A DNA stretch of 63,061 bases, counting the filler, from Licmophora abbreviata (Eukaryota), in assembly GCA_900291995.1 (NCBI GenBank). It is 13 parts of 13 records of this genome, joined end to end, with 100 filler letters (N's around TTAATTAATTAA, not from the genome) between each part and the next. Parts side by side here need not be neighbours in the genome. Positions count along the whole stretch, not along the records: positions 17,887 to 34,274 come from OLMU01004317.1; positions 34,375 to 36,180 come from OLMU01004321.1; 11 more parts are not named here. The stretch is one strand, 5' to 3'. The position numbers and the translations under genes were made by a program. Of the stretch, positions 24,118 through 36,280 are shown in pieces. The notes under the pieces are model-generated. The model had not been told where the DNA came from and made no database searches. It worked only from the letters and a program-made list of their open reading frames with translations. Positions within the stretch are counted from its first letter, which is position 1. Every line of letters begins with the position of its first letter.

Positions 24118-24148
24118 GGTTGTTGTCATACTCAGAATGGGGGATTGG

Positions 24149-24177
24149 ATTGTTGTTGTTGTTGTTGTTGTTGTTGT
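24149..24177. repeat. (GTT)n microsatellite
   Basis: Run of ttg/gtt triplets; a (CAA)n-like tract also lies at about 24775-24800. Confidence 0.9.
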
Positions 24178-24801
24178 GAGCAATCATGTCGGCAGCTTGT
24201 GAATTTTTTATTTTTTCGCGCGGTTCGACTCTTGTTTTGGAACAGTCGGAGTAGCACGCGGCAGCCCGACCTCCAACCAATCGCGAGGTGCGCGCCAAGT
24301 CGTGCGTGTCTCTCGTGACTCAACTCGAAGTCTTGATTGACTCATTCGAATCGAATCGAATCGAATCGTACCTCTAGACAAGAAAGGACCATCCAAGAAA
24401 GATCAAGGGAAACAGCCATGAATCAACCAAAAGCCCACGGGTAGGACCCGTTGGAAACCATTGCGAGCTCTGAAGTTTCATTTTGATTGGCAGGGAGCAA
24501 GAATAGGATACTTATTAGTTGTAAGCGTTGGTGGTCGCCATATTTGCAAATATGGAGAGCGAAATCTAGCGTTGGTGGGAACTACAAACGCTCGGAAAAG
24601 GATTTGTGACGGACTTGAAACTTTTGCTCGCGCCGCCGTCACAATCATTGCAGATCGAGTCAGAATTTAGCTTGAAGTTCAATCGACGTGTCATCCACCA
24701 TGACGCTGACTTTCTGCTACGACTAAGACTTTCTCATCACTCGCAATCACCCTTGGCACCACCGCAGCATTCTCGACAACAACAACAACATCAACAACAG
24801 C

Positions 24802-25176
24802 ATGACCAAAACCCTTCTTTCCCTTGTGGCTGCCTCGTTGCTGCTGGCCAGCAGCCAAGCCTTCACTCCAAGAACACAACCAACACACCATCAGCACATG
24901 ACTCGTCTTGCTAGCGCGACCCGCTCATCTCGCAGCAGCAGCTTGTCCATGGGACTCATGGACTTCTTCAGCGAAGATGCTCGGAAGGAACGTGAGGCCC
25001 GCAAACAACGAGAAATCGAAGAACAGGAAAAGCTGCAGCGTCAGATTCTCGAGCGTCGAAAGAATCCGGAAAAGATGGAAGAGTACGAGGCGCGCGTCAC
25101 GGTGCGGCGTGCGGGCATCATGGCAGGCAAGAACATGGATAACTTCAAAGTCATGGTGGACGATGAAGATGAATGA
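24802..25176 (+). CDS. Small plastid-targeted charged helical protein
   Basis: [25 protein letters not shown]-rich transit peptide, then [19 protein letters not shown]. Confidence 0.75.
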   Translation: MTKTLLSLVAASLLLASSQAFTPRTQPTHHQHMTRLASATRSSRSSSLSMGLMDFFSEDARKEREARKQREIEEQEKLQRQILERRKNPEKMEEYEARVTVRRAGIMAGKNMDNFKVMVDDEDE

Positions 25177-25729
25177 ATGAAACCTTCCAGTAGAAGTTGG
25201 GAGCTGAGAGCAATCGAGCTAGTAAGGCGTTACGCTTTCCGATACAATACTGAGGCAATCACTGTACTATGATAGGGCAAACTATAGCTACTACGTCAAG
25301 CTTATCTTTCTTGTGTGCTACCTACCACTCTACCTGGTAGTAGAAATGATCTTTGATAGACCCTAATGTCGGATGGGATGACATAGAATACCTACAGTGA
25401 TTCTAGTTATTCGATGATTTCCGGTGTCCGCCATCGCACGGACTGTACGAGTAAAGAGTGCTCGGTCATGGCGAAGAGCGAATCAAGCCGTTCCAAGACT
25501 CAACGAACGCGCTGCTAGCTGAATGAATCAATCACATCCGATCGATTGGTTGATGAATCCAATCCATTTGGTTCCGCTCCTGGCTTTCGTCTTGCACTTC
25601 TTGTTCTCGCGTCGTTCCTCTACTCCTACTGCCTCTACCCGGTAGCAGGAGCGAAATAAATTGAGAACTTTCGCTTTTTAAATTATGAACTAGATCGGGA
25701 AGAACAAGCAAGCAAAATGAGAGTTCGTC

Positions 25730-27145
25730 ATGGCAGAACAAGAAGGCTCTGGGAACACTCACGAAGATCGTGTCAAGAGACGTTCCTTGACCTTGACACC
25801 AACACATTCAACATCCATTGCAGCTTGGGATGATGATTGTCAGTCTCTAAACTACCACTCAACAGACGGCAAACCACAGACGCGGATATTCGAGACATGC
25901 TCATGTCCAATTGGACCTTGAAAGACCTCACGCTTTGCACATTCTTGGGTACTCACTTGGACGAATGGATGAGGGGTTGCGGGAGAGCACCACTCTCGCA
26001 ATCCTCGCCTTGACCTTTCCCGCAGTGACTCCGGAGGAATATGTACGTGATCTCCTGGGCGCGGTTGTGAGAGAAACGAGTAGCTTGAAGACTCTTCGAC
26101 TAGGCTTCGAGGGCCTGTCTTCTCCATCAGGGCAGGCTGCAGCTGATACTGAATCCTTGCTCAGAAACGCGTCAGTCCTCGAGACGATCAAGCTACATGG
26201 TGGTTGGCCTCCAGAGATTGTCCAACCAATTCTGCGTGGACTCTGGGGGCGCTCGTCTGTGCGTCTTCACCTAGATGGAAAGTTCCTGCTCCCTCGTGGA
26301 GGGATCCAAGACGTTGCTCTCATGCTGTCTGTGAAGAGCTGCTCGGTGAGAAGTCTCACACTCTCGGGAGTACCGATCAACCAAACAGAGCTCAGTGTTA
26401 TCGCAGCAGCGGTTCGGAGCAACGATCAACCAAGCGGAGCTCAGTGTTATCGCAGTGGCGGTTCGGTGCAACCCTCGCCTCGAAGAACTAAGTCTTCTAT
26501 GTAGCTGGCGTCGCCAGAGTCCCGCTCGTTCCTCGACGATGCATCTGAGGACGGATCATTGTTGTCTGGTAATTCCTGTTTGCGGAAGCTTTCTCTGGGA
26601 AAGTTTGGTGGCTCACATGATAGAGGTGCTGTGACAGTGGCGTCCGTCCTGACCAACGACAACGATTCACTGGAGATGCTCGAGCTGGACGTTAGGGGAC
26701 TCGGAACTGATGGAGCGAAGGCGATGGGAGAAATGCTCACCAGGAACTCGACCTTGAAGTGTTTCGCCCTTCTTGGAGACTGCACGGAATATCCAAAAGA
26801 AATGAGGTTGGATGGGGTTCAGGCTCTGGTGGCTCCGTTAGAGGCAGCCAATACGACTCTCGTGAACTCGTTGGCATTCCAGACAAATTCCCGGTCGAAC
26901 AGGATAAGGCAGATTTCTACACGGCATTGAACAGGGCCGACCGAAAGTCATTCATGGAGACGGAGAACTTGAGCGTTGAGGATTGGGCAAAGGCTGCGCA
27001 TCGTATGGACCACGAGGGTGCACTGAGTACACTATATTTCGACCTTCGAACCAAGCCAAATCTCGTGTTTTGTAGGCCCGATGCAAAGCTGCGAGTATTG
27101 TACTCCTATTGGAAGACTCAAGAACGACCAAGAGGAGTACTGTAG
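25730..27145 (+). pseudogene. Frameshifted RNI-type leucine-rich repeat gene
   Basis: LRR pieces (SSLKTLRL, NDSLEMLEL, GAKAMGEMLTRNSTLK) and the diatom LRR C-terminal motif LNRADR...LYFDLRTKP are spread over several frames; a 49-bp tandem duplication lies at 26374-26471. Confidence 0.7.
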
Positions 27146-27348
27146 CTTTCTGGGTGAGAATATGGATCGGATCGAATGAATGCATGACATGACTTTTCAT
27201 TTCGAAGCCCCTTTTGTTCGAATGCATATAGTATGATACCGTAAATGAGCACCAAGAGGAAACATAATATCCGTGCTACAGTAGCTGCTAAATGTAGTAA
27301 TCCTATTTTTCGGAATCGTTCCATTTTTCTCCGCAGACTAGCAGGCTT

Positions 27349-28254
27349 CTACTCATTTTCCTCATCTAGGTCGTCATCCTCCTTGTCTGAATCGTCCTGC
27401 CCCTTGCGATCAACCCTCTTCCACACGAAATCGAAATGAAGACACTGCACAATGTGATCAAACGCTCCAGGCGTCGAAAGCAACGTGTCTTGCAAATTTT
27501 CATCGTCTGCTGCTTTCTGAAGAACCCATTCCTTGGTCGATATAACTGTTTTACCATCCTCCATGATGAGTTCGGAATCCGAGTGTAATTTCCACCCCTT
27601 CCCCTTGAGTTCCTCGACAAAGACTTCGATCGTGGTAGAAAGTTGAAACATCATCTCCTCCGCGTCTTCGTTATACCCAGGCACATCATCATCTCCGCGC
27701 GCATAGTCTTCATCATCGTAGTCTTCAAAGTCCTCGTCGTCTTCATCTCCTTCATACATCGCTGGATCCCGAATCATGACATTCTTCTTTCCCTGTAGCT
27801 GCTCAACGGGATCCGTAAGTTTTTCCCATATGGCCTCGTCAGTGTAGTACTCGAGAGTACCAGCCTTTTCACCCGTATCGCGTTCTATACGACGGTTAAT
27901 GTCTTGAAGGGAAGGAGGCTGGCTGAATTTCATGAGCTCGAGAGCATCCGACTCGTCCTCCATTTCATAGTCGGAATAGAGCAAACGGAGCGTGATGCCG
28001 CCGCCTCCCTTGCCTGAACCCCCTCCTCCCTTGTCCTTCTTTTTCTTTCCCTTGCTACCAAAGAATCGGGGACTGTCCATGTTAGAGGAAAAGGAGGGAG
28101 TGACGAAGACTGTATCATTACGTGCAAGAACGAGGTCATTGCGCGTAGCAGTAGTACCAGTGTTCGGGGTGATGCTCAATTTTGGGGTGAATTTTGACAG
28201 CCGTGCGGCCATGCTGCGACGAGAGGCAATCAACATAGCAGCACGACTCGACAT
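27349..28254 (-). CDS. Hypothetical protein with mitochondrial-like presequence, K/G-rich patch and acidic tracts
   Basis: 301 aa ORF; R/S/A-rich N-terminus ending PRFF-GSKGKKKK; D/E-rich middle and tail. Confidence 0.75.
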   Translation of the reverse strand: MSSRAAMLIASRRSMAARLSKFTPKLSITPNTGTTATRNDLVLARNDTVFVTPSFSSNMDSPRFFGSKGKKKKDKGGGGSGKGGGGITLRLLYSDYEMEDESDALELMKFSQPPSLQDINRRIERDTGEKAGTLEYYTDEAIWEKLTDPVEQLQGKKNVMIRDPAMYEGDEDDEDFEDYDDEDYARGDDDVPGYNEDAEEMMFQLSTTIEVFVEELKGKGWKLHSDSELIMEDGKTVISTKEWVLQKAADDENLQDTLLSTPGAFDHIVQCLHFDFVWKRVDRKGQDDSDKEDDDLDEENE

Positions 28255-28672
28255 GATGATGAGATTGCGACTTGGACAGGTAGAACAAGAAGAATCAAGG
28301 CACCAACGGCTGTGCTTGTGACGCTTCGGTCAGGATCTGTAGTGTATTGTGTTTGAGGTTGGAATTTCATCATCATCAGCAAGTCTAAGATTGCAATGAT
28401 CTGGAAAGATCCAACTTGACTGACTCGACTCAATCGACTGACTCACTCACGATCGAAGGGAATGCTGGCATACCAGGTACCGGTAAGTAGATTTCTCGTA
28501 TACTTTCTACGACGAGAACCCGGCATCTCATCATTTCAAAATGTTTGGCGGGAAAAGAAAACTGCCGAATGAAAGTGAGAACTTGAAGCCCACTTCATCG
28601 GAGGTGCCAAGGCAAAGTAAGAACTTGGCCACAAAGATCAAATGGGAACATTCTAATGCTCGTTACTCCACC

Positions 28673-29953
28673 ATGAAGCTGTTGTTCCTCCTTTCTCTCG
28701 TGTGGTCTGCAGCGACTGCCCAGAAGCTCCTCGTGGGCAACACGCGCGCCGACAATGTCGTCGAGGTCGATCCAGCAGGCATGATTGCCGAGTTCATCAG
28801 TGGAGTTCCTAATCCGGACCATTTGCTTGTATACGAGGGCACGCTTCACATCTCCGCAGGCGATACTCCTGAGACTTCTGCCATCTACACGTACTCGGAT
28901 GACGGCACCCTGTCCCTGTTTGCGCAAGGCGGGGGACTTATGCGACCGTACGGCTTTGCGTTTGACGACGGCACCTTGTATGTCGCGAGCTTCATGTCGG
29001 ATCAGATTCTCACGTACGATGCTAGCACCGGAGAGTACATTGGAGTCTTTGCCGAGACGGACGGGACGGCCGAAGGGCTGTGCAATGGGCCAAACCACAT
29101 TGCCATCTATGACGGCATGCTGTACTTGACGACACAGGGAAGCAACGTTGTCAACGGAACTCTCACGTACCTTTTCGCGAGGTATGTACCGGTACACAAC
29201 GAAGCCGAAGGTGGATCATGTGAGCTACTTTCTCTCGTGCCCCGACTGGATGATGACTCTCACCATGCGTATGCTTGACTGGTTTGTTGTCGTAGTGAAA
29301 TCGTCAAGTACGACCTAGCAACAGGTGAAGGCGAAGTCTTCGCGTCCCCCGAGCCCCTCGCAGGAGGCTTGGGCTTTGTCAGTATGCTGGGCTGTCAAGT
29401 GTACTGCGATGCAGACGACATGTGTATGCTTGTAACGACAGATTTTGCTGGGGGACTGCGCCTGTACGACATGGACAGTGGAATGTTAATCTACGATGCC
29501 GAGACGACGTATGCGGCGGGGGCAGCGACGGGTGCGCTGGCGATTGACGGTGACTCGATCTACGTTCCAGGATTCGTCAATGAGACAACTCCTGGCGTCG
29601 TCATGCGCTTTGATCTTGTCAGTGGCGATCCGAAACCTGCGGAAGGTCTGGAGGGTGCTCTTTATGTGGAGGATGCAGCTCTGGTTCGTCCGATTGGGAT
29701 CATGTTGATGATGGAAGAAGCAGGAGAGTCTTCTCTATCTCCCACCGAGACGCCCGCATCGCCCCTCACAGAGGTGCCTTCCTCATCCCCCACGGATGCA
29801 CCTGTACTAGCTCCCACGGATGCACCTGTACTAGCTCCCACGGATGCACCCGCTGCGGCTCCCACTGAGCCGACCCCGACTTCCGGAACGGCTCGGGAGA
29901 GCCTGATGCTTGCCTTTAGTCTCGTCGTCCTTGGGTTTTCCTTGTATTTGTAA
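28673..29953 (+). CDS. Secreted beta-propeller (NHL-like) protein with PTDAP stalk and GPI-like tail (intron 29182-29295)
   Basis: Signal peptide MKLLFLLSLVWSAATA; propeller-type repeats RPYGFAF..LYVAS..ILTYD and GPNHIAI..LYLT. The intron joins FAS to EIVKYDLATG in frame. Hydrophobic C-terminus. Confidence 0.8.
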
Positions 29954-30209
29954 TGTTCGGGTCTAGCATAGAGTGGGTTTCCCTTCTATGATCTCCTCTC
30001 TAGCAGTAGAGTCTTGTGTTAACAGTGTTATGCGGTGTATGTATCATACTTTTTGAGATTCGTGATTGTAGACTACACTTCCATGGCCATGCCTGCCTTA
30101 TTCCTAGTAGGAGCTCGCGCGGCTATTGTCTCCCACGCCGCGCGCGACAACACCATTACGAACACAACCATGACACAACCATGACAGCCTTGCTGCTTTG
30201 CGGCCCAAG

Positions 30210-31256
30210 ATGAAGACAAGATACGCTCTTTGCAGTCAAAGTTCAGTCCAAATTACACTCTTTTGGTTATTTGTGGTATGCTTGTGTCATTCTAGCGCTT
30301 CAGGAGCCGCGTTTCTGCTCGAAAACGGACGCCGATTGACTACCTCTGGTACCACTCGTGACGCCTTACTGTTTTTGTCCAAACAAAACGAGGAATCTCC
30401 TCCTCTTATTCGTCTCAATAAAGTCTTCAAGTCGACACATTCCAGAAGACAAGCCGATGCGCTCATTTCCAGCGGTCGTGTCACGATCAACGACAAGCCT
30501 GTTCATTCGGCAGGACAGCGCGTGGCGCCGCACGTTGATGTCGTCAAACTGGACGGCAGCGTTGTCGAGGGCTGGGAAGCACTGAATCATGCCAGCGACG
30601 GCGACAAACGTACTACAAATTCATTATCCGCGTCAGTCTTTGAGTACATCAAGTATTGGAAACCGACTGGCGTCGTTTGTACGACGGATCGCAAGGTTCG
30701 AGGCAACATTTTGGATCGACTGGAGCAGCAGGATGGCTACGTTTCACAAAATCGAGTCTATCCCGTGGGACGACTCGACAAGGAAACATCAGGACTCATT
30801 TTGCTGACCTCGGATGGTCGCTTGCCCAATGCTTCCTTGCGAGGTCGCTACAAACAACCTAAAACCTATCACGTGTTGGCGAATCGGCCTGTCTCCGAAG
30901 CGGACCAACAGAAACTGCGTGACGGCGTCGTCATTACCACACAGGCCCAGCGCGACAACAAACGAGCACCGCCATTGACACAGCGCACAAAACCATGCCT
31001 TGTTGTCGAGCGTACTAGTAGAAGCAATGGACGACAGGTGCTCTGCATGACGCTTACAGAAGGACGGAATCGGCAAATTCGAAAAATGCTGCAGGCGCTG
31101 AATTATCGTGTTGTCAAACTGCATCGAGTCGATTTCATGAGCGTCGCTCTGAGCCCTCTCAAGGGACCGGGTGAATGGACAAACTTGTCTCGAGAGGAAC
31201 TGGCAATTGTAAACAAGGTCTTGGAGAATGCTTCAGAGGAGCAGCAGGCGGGGTGA
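30210..31256 (+). CDS. S4-domain pseudouridine synthase (RsuA/RluB/E/F family), probably plastid-targeted
   Basis: S4 motif RLNK..SRRQADALISSGRVTIN; YPVGRLDKETSGLILLTSDG; EGRNRQIRKM; signal peptide ending GAA-F. Confidence 0.92.
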   Translation: MKTRYALCSQSSVQITLFWLFVVCLCHSSASGAAFLLENGRRLTTSGTTRDALLFLSKQNEESPPLIRLNKVFKSTHSRRQADALISSGRVTINDKPVHSAGQRVAPHVDVVKLDGSVVEGWEALNHASDGDKRTTNSLSASVFEYIKYWKPTGVVCTTDRKVRGNILDRLEQQDGYVSQNRVYPVGRLDKETSGLILLTSDGRLPNASLRGRYKQPKTYHVLANRPVSEADQQKLRDGVVITTQAQRDNKRAPPLTQRTKPCLVVERTSRSNGRQVLCMTLTEGRNRQIRKMLQALNYRVVKLHRVDFMSVALSPLKGPGEWTNLSREELAIVNKVLENASEEQQAG

Positions 31257-31439
31257 GGTGGAGTGGTTGTTGCTTGAATGAGAAAACAAGGCTAATGAAG
31301 ATTCGCCGAGAACGAGCAAAAAAAAATGGAGGAGGAAGTGCATAGGGATGTTTCACTGAGCAAGGGCTATCGTCCGTCTTACTGGAGAATGTGTATGTCA
31401 CGACAGTTTCGATTACTGAGGCTGTTGATTCGTTCACCA

Positions 31440-31779
31440 TATTGAAAGTGCGGTACGAGGTACCGGGGGTCTCGTCTCAGAGAACGGGGCTCGAGCACTG
31501 GTGGCTAGACTTGCTGAGAACACTACCATTGAGAAATCCTCCTGGATCCAAGACAAGTTCTACGCCGAACAGAAAGAGGCAGAGTACTATGTGTCATTGA
31601 ACAAGGCCGATCGAAAGTCATACATAGAAGTGAACCGTCTGAGCGACGACGAATGGATTAAGAAACTGCGACGATTCGATCATGTCGGTGGGCTGTATTT
31701 TGCCCTAAGATCCAAGCCTGGTTTCATCTTTTTGCGCAGAAGTGCTGATGCCAAGGCGTCTACTCGCGGCAAGCGCTAG
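31440..31779 (+). pseudogene. Orphan 3' fragment of an LRR gene related to 25730-27145
   Basis: EQKEAEYYVSLNKADRKSY...LYFALRSKPGFIF aligns with EQDKADFYTALNRADRKSF...LYFDLRTKPNLVF; no room for a 5' part. Confidence 0.6.
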
Positions 31780-32879
31780 CCAGAGAAAGGGAAAAGCATA
31801 CACAATCAATGATGCGTGAAAGTGGTGCAAGCTCTATGTCATAAAGTAGATCGGGGCGAGGAATGTCTCTTGACTACTGTAGTACGACAGCAACAACAAC
31901 TACTACTACCGCACTCTCACTCACTCACTCACTCACTCGAGCTTGCACAGATCTGGACAATGGCGCAGTACTGTAGATAGTGCGTCGCTACAACAGTCGC
32001 CGCATCAATTCCCACAAAGTGGTTGGCCTACGCTTCCCTGAACACAACCATTCTCTCGTGCATCAACGCGCGTTCATTCGTAATAGAGATACGGAAGCGT
32101 CTCGTTTTGCTGCAGACCCTCCTCCAAGAGACACTGTGCCAACGAGTCGGAGAGAGCATCGACTGTTGTCCCTAGAGTAAAATCAAGAGTCATGAAACAG
32201 CACGACGGCCGAAGAATGGAAACTCGTGGGAAGGCTCAAGTGACATGCCACACGACGCTTCGAATCGACATATTGAATACGATACTGAATCTGAATCGCA
32301 CGAGCCAACGAGACAATGCCGTTCGTATGAGTCGAGTCGAGTCGAGTCGCCAAGGCTTGTTCCAAAAGAGTGTAAGAGTGTAGGAGGTCTCACTCGGAAT
32401 GAATGAATGACAGCTACTGCAGTGTCATTGTCATTGATGCTTCGAAGGATGATCCCGTAGGTCAATACAAGGCCTCGGCACTCGGGATTCGTATCGTACG
32501 TATGAGAGCGACCGGGTACAAGCTTCCACGTGATCTGTATCTGGAGTGTGAATGGTGAATGCACTCTTCCAAAATTGAAAATGGGTGCGCCGTTGTAATC
32601 GAGTCACTAGTCAGTCAGTCACTAGTCTCAGTCGTGACTGATGAATGCGCTTTGGTCGAGTGAGTCAGAGTCAGTCGAGTTGAGTCGAGTCATGGATGCA
32701 CTCTAGCTAGTTTCGAAGTTGCAGGATCGTGTCTGGTACGATCCTAGTCTACTACAGTACTCCAGTAAAAATACAGTGTACACCGTAGACTAGTTGACTC
32801 TTGTATTAGCTTGTTCATATTTAAAAGTATCCGTCGTTGTGTGCATCATGAGTGCCGTCTTGGTAAATCTGCGCCTTCC

Positions 32880-34046
32880 TTACATGTTGAGTCCATTAAA
32901 GACCTTGGGCGGCGTGCCGTCATCCTCAATGATTTCCAGCACTTTGTTGCTTGCCTTCTTGTCCGTCAGTGCCGCCACGCAAACATCGGCCACATAGTCG
33001 CGCGACACCTCGCCTGCATTCAACGTATCTTCCCCAGAAATAACGAGTCCGCCGGACGGAGGTTTAGCCTTGAGGCCTCCGGGACGAACACTGCACAAAT
33101 AGAGCAGCAGTCAGTAAATAATACAAGTGATTGAGATTTTGGGTCTTGTCATAGTATACACGCACACACGCAAGCGCCATCACACAGCACATACTCACAT
33201 GGTATAGTCCATTCCACTCTTGCGCAGATAATTCTCCGCCACGATCTTTTCGTCCAAGACATTACCGAAGGCATTCGTAATCTTAAATCCTGGAGACTGT
33301 TCCTGCCCCCAGTTCCGTCCATTCGTCAGAATACTGCTCACCATGACGACCTTTTTCACACCACTCTTTTTGGCTGCATCGACCAACTTGCACGTCCCAA
33401 CATTGTCCACTTCATGCGCGGCAGCATTCATCTTCAATGGATTACCGGGAACAAAGCCCACGGCAATCACTAGTGCATCCGCTCCTTCCATGGTACTTGC
33501 CAAGACATCGACACTGTCTTGGACGACATCCAAGTGTTTCAAGGCAACCGACGACGTGTCGACGGAGGCCACTTGCTGCACCATGGCACCTCGTACTACC
33601 GTACTACTCTCACCGAGACTCTTTTCAGCCTTGTCGACGTTGCGGACGCCACCGACGACGGAGATGTTGGACAAGCCTGCCAAACGTTCCAAAATACGAC
33701 GGCCCGTCTGGCCCGTGGCGCCTGCGAGCACGACTCTTGTGGGAGTGTCGGAAGCAGCAGCAGCAGCAGACTGACCTTGAGCTGTCAAGAGTGAAGCAGA
33801 GGAAAGCATGGAAGCGGCAGCGAGAGAAAGAGCACCGCGGCGGTCCATGTTGGTGGTGGAAGTGACGGGTACGCGTGACGAGGAATCGTCCGCATGGTTC
33901 TCATTCGCTTCGGCAGCAGACAGAGCCACAGGCGAAAGGCTGTCACTGGGACGTACGCCAAACGATACTTGTGACGTAAAGGCAGTCGACGTATGTGACG
34001 AGCACACGAGCAGAAGAGGAACAAGGAGAGAAACGGCCAACATCAT
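32880..34046 (-). CDS. Plastid-targeted NAD(P)-binding atypical SDR protein (NmrA/Tic62-like), intron 33091-33198
   Basis: STA-F signal motif; VLAGATGQTGR; VDNVGT; AENYLRKSGMDYTI|VRPGGL; VSRDYVADVCV. Confidence 0.9.
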
Positions 34047-34374
34047 GGTGCTGTTCGGTTTTGTAGTAGTATGTGGTGCAATTTTGTGAGTGAGTCAAGT
34101 TGACGGGAAAGATCCTGATGGTGTGAGTTCACTGACGTCACTCAATCTCGAGCGTCTCGTCTTCACAAAATGAGTAGGAATGTGTCTGTTCACCCTTCCA
34201 CAATTGTTCGTCACGCTGGGAACTCATTTCGAGCTCTTCCTGACGGAGCGCGCACGGATGTTTGTTAGCGATTTNNNNNNNNNNNNNNNNNNNNNNNNNN
34301 NNNNNNNNNNNNNNNNNNTTAATTAATTAANNNNNNNNNNNNNNNNNNNNNNNNNNNNNNNNNNNNNNNNNNNN

Positions 34375-36133
34375 CCTCGATTAGTTCCAGGAGTCATGAG
34401 CACCTTGTCGCCTGGTTCGTTGTTGACAGAAATCCGATAGAAAGGATCCTCGTCTTGCCCTGCGTTTCCATTCCCACCATCAACAGAGTTGCCACCATGG
34501 CTGACTGACAGATAGTATCCCCCTGCCGGTAAACACATTTCTCGCCAGACCGATGCTTGGTCGAAGTAGCTGGAGCTTCCAAAAATAGAATAGGGCTCCT
34601 CTTGATAGACAAGCTGGTTATTAGCTGTGTAAACGGCCCAGCTCGTACGTTCCGGCGAGTCGTCAAGAAGAAACTCGAATTGAGCTAAGCCCTGCCCAGC
34701 AGGACACCCGTCATCGTTCTGCATCGTAAAGGCTGCAGCCCCTCGATAGCCAAAAGTTCGATCATCTTTGATGAGCTTTCCATCAACGCGCAGGCGAAAG
34801 TATGAATTTTCGTTTGACGTGAGACCGTTTCCCATTGAGTCTTCTAGCATGAACAAAAGGGGGGCGTCATACGGTACGCAGATTTCCGACCTCATACTCC
34901 GATTTTCTTCGTCGGCTCCAAAATCAGAAAGACTGAACAGCTGCCCATTAGCATGATAGATCTTCCAATTGTTTTGCTCAGGGTTGTCATCGAGTTTAAG
35001 CTCGATAGAAACGACGCCTTCGTCGTCTCCGCACGGATGTGCTCCTGTTCGGTACACCATCCATTCGTCGTACATTCTTTCGATTTGACCCGGAGTGAAG
35101 TGGTCAAGGCAGCTCATGGCGTATCCCATATAGTTGTCGAAGGGATCCGGATCAGGAGAGTTCGGACATGTGTTCTCGTCTCCACACGTTAGGATAGCTC
35201 CTGCTTGTGGAGCGGTGTCAGCCACATAGTCTCCGTGCTCTGAGTTGCACTGTCCAGCAATATCGTGGAAACACAACGCAAGTTAGTTGAGTCAGAACTC
35301 CATGCCAACAAAGCTACCAAGTCTGCCTGTGCACTTACGCCGCCCTGAAAAACATGGAAGAGGCCTAGCCAATGCCCTACTTCGTGGATCAAAATTTGTC
35401 CCGAATTGAAAGGTGCGCAGCTTCCCCCGACGATTGTGCAGTGATCAACAAACACTCCGTCTCGTATGCCATCGTTACCCGACGGGAATGTTGAAAGACC
35501 CAGTGTTACCGGGAGAAGACCTGTACTGTAAATATTCAAAGCCGTGCGATTTCCTTTTCGTAGGTCTGCGCCCAGGGCACTCTGCCTGGACCCAAAATCA
35601 TCTGTATAATCGAAGAAAAAGAGATCGGAGTTCTCCCGCCTCGTGATAGTTTCCTTAACAAATGAGAACGGCGTGCCGGCGAAGCCATCGTTGAGAATCA
35701 TCATCTGTTGATCAATCCTGTCTTCTGAAACAAAGCCATACTCGGCTCCAAGTGGTCCAAGACCCGTGATGAGGTGAAAGTGCGTCTCGATTTCGATGCA
35801 ACCATTGCACGCGAGCGCCTTCCGCCTGCCCGCTCCCTCTTCCTGCGTGCGGAACAGACTGAGTGTGGCATCGTCCTTTTCCATTTTCTCAATCTTCTGC
35901 TCTTTCACGCCACAGAGACTTTCTCTTGAGTCCCCATTGGCAGCATCAGGTTCGAAAACTAGGGACAGCGTCATGGGCTTGTCTGTGTCTGACGCCAAGA
36001 GTCTAGATCTACTCGAGCCGTGGCGCAGGAATCGACGATCCTCATGGTGATGGTGGTGACTGTGGCCTTCAACGATCGTGGCTGTGATCTGAAGAGCCGC
36101 AACAGCAGCGATCGACGGCGAAAGCGTCCTCAT
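34375..36133 (-). CDS. Secreted M43 (pappalysin/ulilysin-like) zinc metalloprotease, intron 35250-35338, 3' end lost in gap
   Basis: Signal peptide; HEVGHWLGLFHVFQGG|C..DYVADT; Met-turn NYMGY; FTPGQIERM; repeated C-terminal LDDxPExxSW beta domains. Confidence 0.9.
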
Positions 36134-36280
36134 GGCGACGATTTTCTGTGCTTTGTATTTAGTGAGGACGAAGCTGTAAANNNNNNNNNNNNNNNNNNNN
36201 NNNNNNNNNNNNNNNNNNNNNNNNTTAATTAATTAANNNNNNNNNNNNNNNNNNNNNNNNNNNNNNNNNNNNNNNNNNNN

